From positions 84,940,001 through 85,004,000 of the forward strand of contig JBNRSN020000025.1 in NCBI GenBank assembly GCA_051313645.2: 64,000 nt of DNA, written 5' to 3'. The translations under genes were made by a program, and so were the position numbers. This DNA comes from Centroscyllium fabricii. Its lineage: Eukaryota. This document shows positions 61,356-64,000 of this stretch, in pieces. The notes beneath the pieces are model-generated. The model did not search any database. It worked only from the letters and a program-made list of their open reading frames with translations, and was not told where the DNA came from. How positions within the stretch are numbered: position 1 is the first letter of the stretch; every line of letters begins with the position of its first letter.

Positions 61356-62779
61356 CCATCAAACCAATTTTCAGGTAGTTTGAAAAATGTCAGTATTAGT
61401 GAGTAATACATTATTTGATAAAAAGACTCCCACCTGGCAGGGAGAGGAAGATTCACCTTTGAAATTTCCCAAATTGTGGAATGCTTCACATTGTCTCATC
61501 CTTGCCCCTTGGCCAGACTCTTCAGCTGGGTGCGGCCTGCTCACCACCTGCTATTGTCCGCCTGCAGGCAGCTCTCAGACCATGCTGGGAATCCCTGAGC
61601 ATGACGTTCCTCCCATTCTCCCCCCCCTCCCCCCGCTTTTGCTGGGAGATGCTGCAGTCCGTTACTAATTCGAGTAACAGTGTGCTGGTATTCCAGTCTC
61701 CAGGCTGGCACACTTTATAACCTGAATGATCTGAGCTGGTTACCAGGCAGATTAGCCAGGTTTCTTTTTGTACTTTATTAGATGCACTAAGCTGAGGCTG
61801 CTGGAGTAATGATGTGACGAAGATGACATGAGGTCTCCAAGGGCTCACTTTGTGCTCTGGGTTAAGCTCAGATTTTTCTGCCCATCTGCTGCGGAAAAGC
61901 TCACCTGCAACCCAGTGAGCTGATTGTCCACAATTTTGAGAGATCAGCTCATTGGACTAATGACTGATCGGTGCCTATGCAGCTGTGGCCTTGTGCAAGG
62001 AGCGAGTTTAATCAGGGAGGCAATGTTTTCTTTAGGCTGCGCGGCCATACAGTGATCCAGGGGTCCCGCGCAGCCAGTGAGTCAGCTTTTAAATTGGAAA
62101 AAACCACGTATGCGCAGACTTTGAGGGTCTGTGCAGCCCATTAAAGGGGTCATGCATCCCAAAAGATTACAGGGCAGATTGAGGGGGATGTACATAATTT
62201 AACCAGCATCTCCGCTTTCTGTACGCTGGACCCTTGAAATTTAAGTGGCTGCATTCGGGACAAACACTATTTCAGCTTTTATACAGCTACAAAGATAATT
62301 CTGAATACTTGTCAACCTTTGTCGAGGGCAGAGGACGTATAGTGAAAAGTGAAAGGAAAGCCAATGAGAAGGCACAAAACACCTTCTGTAGGCAAATGAC
62401 ATGAATCCTGATGGCTGGCAGAGTGGATATATAGCTGTGAAGGGAGAGTGGTCCATTTCGGCACTTCAGGGTACTCGACAAAGTAAGACCATACATTGGA
62501 CAGATGGCCCAAGATTCTGTCTCTCAAATTTCTGCCTGTCAACCTGTCAGACAGTAACTCCTCATCCCTATTCACAGCTCCTATCCTGCACCTCATACCT
62601 CCCACATGCCTCACTAGAGCCTATGCTCAATGGCAACTGAAAGCCTGGTCCTCACACACACAAGACATGACAAGTCACTGTAATGCAATCACGCTGCATG
62701 ACACTTGCCAACACCCAGGTTGGCCAGTAGGATGTGAACCTATCTATCAACGTGCACGGCTCCTTCAATGTTATTTCTC

Positions 62780-63545
62780 ATTTGTTTATGGGATCTGGAC
62801 ATCGTTGGCAAGGCCAGCATTTAGCGCCCATCCCTAATTGCCCGTGAGAAGGTGGCGGTGAGTCGTCTTCTTGAACCGCTGCAGTCCGTGTGATGAAGGG
62901 ACTCCCAGAGTGCGGTTAGGAAGGGAGTTCCAAGATTTTGACCCAGTGACGATGAAGGAACGGCCGATATATTTCCAAGTCAGGATGGTATGTGACTTGG
63001 AGGGGAACCTGGAGGTGGTGATGTTCCCATGCGCCTGCTGCCCTTGTCCTTCTAGGTGGTAGAGGTCGCAGGTTTGGGAGGTGCTGTCGAAGAAGCCTTG
63101 GCGAGTTGCTGCAGTGCATCTTGTAGATGGTGCACACTGCAGCCATGGTACGCTGGTGGCGGAGGGAGGGAATGCTTAAGGTGGTGGATGGAGTGCCAAT
63201 CAAGCGGCCTGCTTTATCCTGAATGGTGTCGAGCTTCTTGAGTGTTGTTGGAGCTGCACCTCATCCAGGCAAGTGGAGAGTATTCCATCACACTCCTGAC
63301 TTGTGCCTTGTAGATGGTAGAAAAGCTTTGGGGAGTCAGGAGGTGAGACACTTGCTGCAGAATACCTAGCCTCTGACCTGCTCTTGTAGCCACAGTATTT
63401 ACGTGGCTGGTCCAGTTAAGTTTCTGGACAATGGTGATTCTCAGGATATTGATGGCGGGGATTCAGTGATGGCAATGCCCTTGAATGTCAAGGGGCGGTG
63501 GTTAGACTCTCGCTTGTTGGAGATAGTCATTGCCTGGTATTTGTG
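62780..63545 (-). mobile_element. LINE 3' portion (C-terminal ORF2 plus 3' UTR; clade not firmly assigned)
   Basis: HQRTMAAVCTIYKMHCSNSPRLLRQHLPN motif; tail gggcaattagggatgggcgctaaatgctggccttgcc. Confidence 0.7.
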
Positions 63546-63799
63546 TGAAAAATATGAGCAAAAACCCCACAAAATTCAAAGAATTTAAAAACAAAAGAAC
63601 AAACGCACCCAATAAATATAAAAATAGGACCCAATAAGTAAATAATGTGAGAACCAATCCCGAAGCAGCATAACCCAAAGGACAAAAAGGGCCTTCTACG
63701 GCCATCATGTGTTTCCCTAGAAAAGGTTCAGAAATCATGAGTCAGGTACATTGCAACAATTGGGCTTAAAAAGGGGAGGGCGACACCATGGAGCTGCCG

Positions 63800-63988
63800 A
63801 CTGTGACCCCTGGTTCTGGACTCTCCGACCATCGGGAACATCCTTCCTGCGTCTAGTCTGTCCAGGCCTGTTCGAATTTTATAAGTTTCAGACCCAATCG
63901 ACCCAATCTATCCTCATACGTCATTCCTGCCATCCCAGGTATCAGCCTGGTGAATCTTCGCTGCACTCCCTCCATGGCAAGAACATCC
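63800..63988 (-). mobile_element. CR1 fragment, apparently interrupted at the window end by another CAAGATGGC-headed element
   Basis: Reverse complement of the CR1 ORF2 3' region; the window ends aaacaagatggc. Confidence 0.7.
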
Positions 63989-64000
63989 AAACAAGATGGC

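Noticed and set aside
60712-64000. Searched for the preceding HSPG2 exon (..YGGKLRY..)
   Set aside because: Not found by eye; it probably lies beyond the window end.

Overview
Eukaryotic vertebrate DNA, almost certainly from a cartilaginous fish (shark-type HE1/V-SINEs, a Deu-domain SINE, abundant CR1, L2 and Penelope-like elements), with one 200-N assembly gap. The whole window lies inside the perlecan gene (HSPG2) on the minus strand. I traced 10 constitutive coding exons with GT-AG boundaries and mutually consistent phases, covering the end of domain III (laminin IV-B domain and laminin-EGF repeats) into the first Ig repeats of domain IV. An additional 54-nt phase 1-1 cassette exon (15571-15624) that the ORF track misses sits inside a 33.7-kb interval. 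One expected exon (first half of the first domain-IV Ig repeat) is not visible and probably falls in the gap. The introns contain a Gypsy LTR element whose RT core is deleted, a young CR1 with an esterase ORF1, Penelope-like elements carrying minimal hammerhead-ribozyme motifs, Tigger-like and other MITEs, tail-swapped SINEs and several minisatellites. No CRISPR array, rRNA, true tRNA gene or prokaryotic-type system is present. Comparisons with human and other vertebrate perlecan are from recalled sequence and need confirming by alignment.
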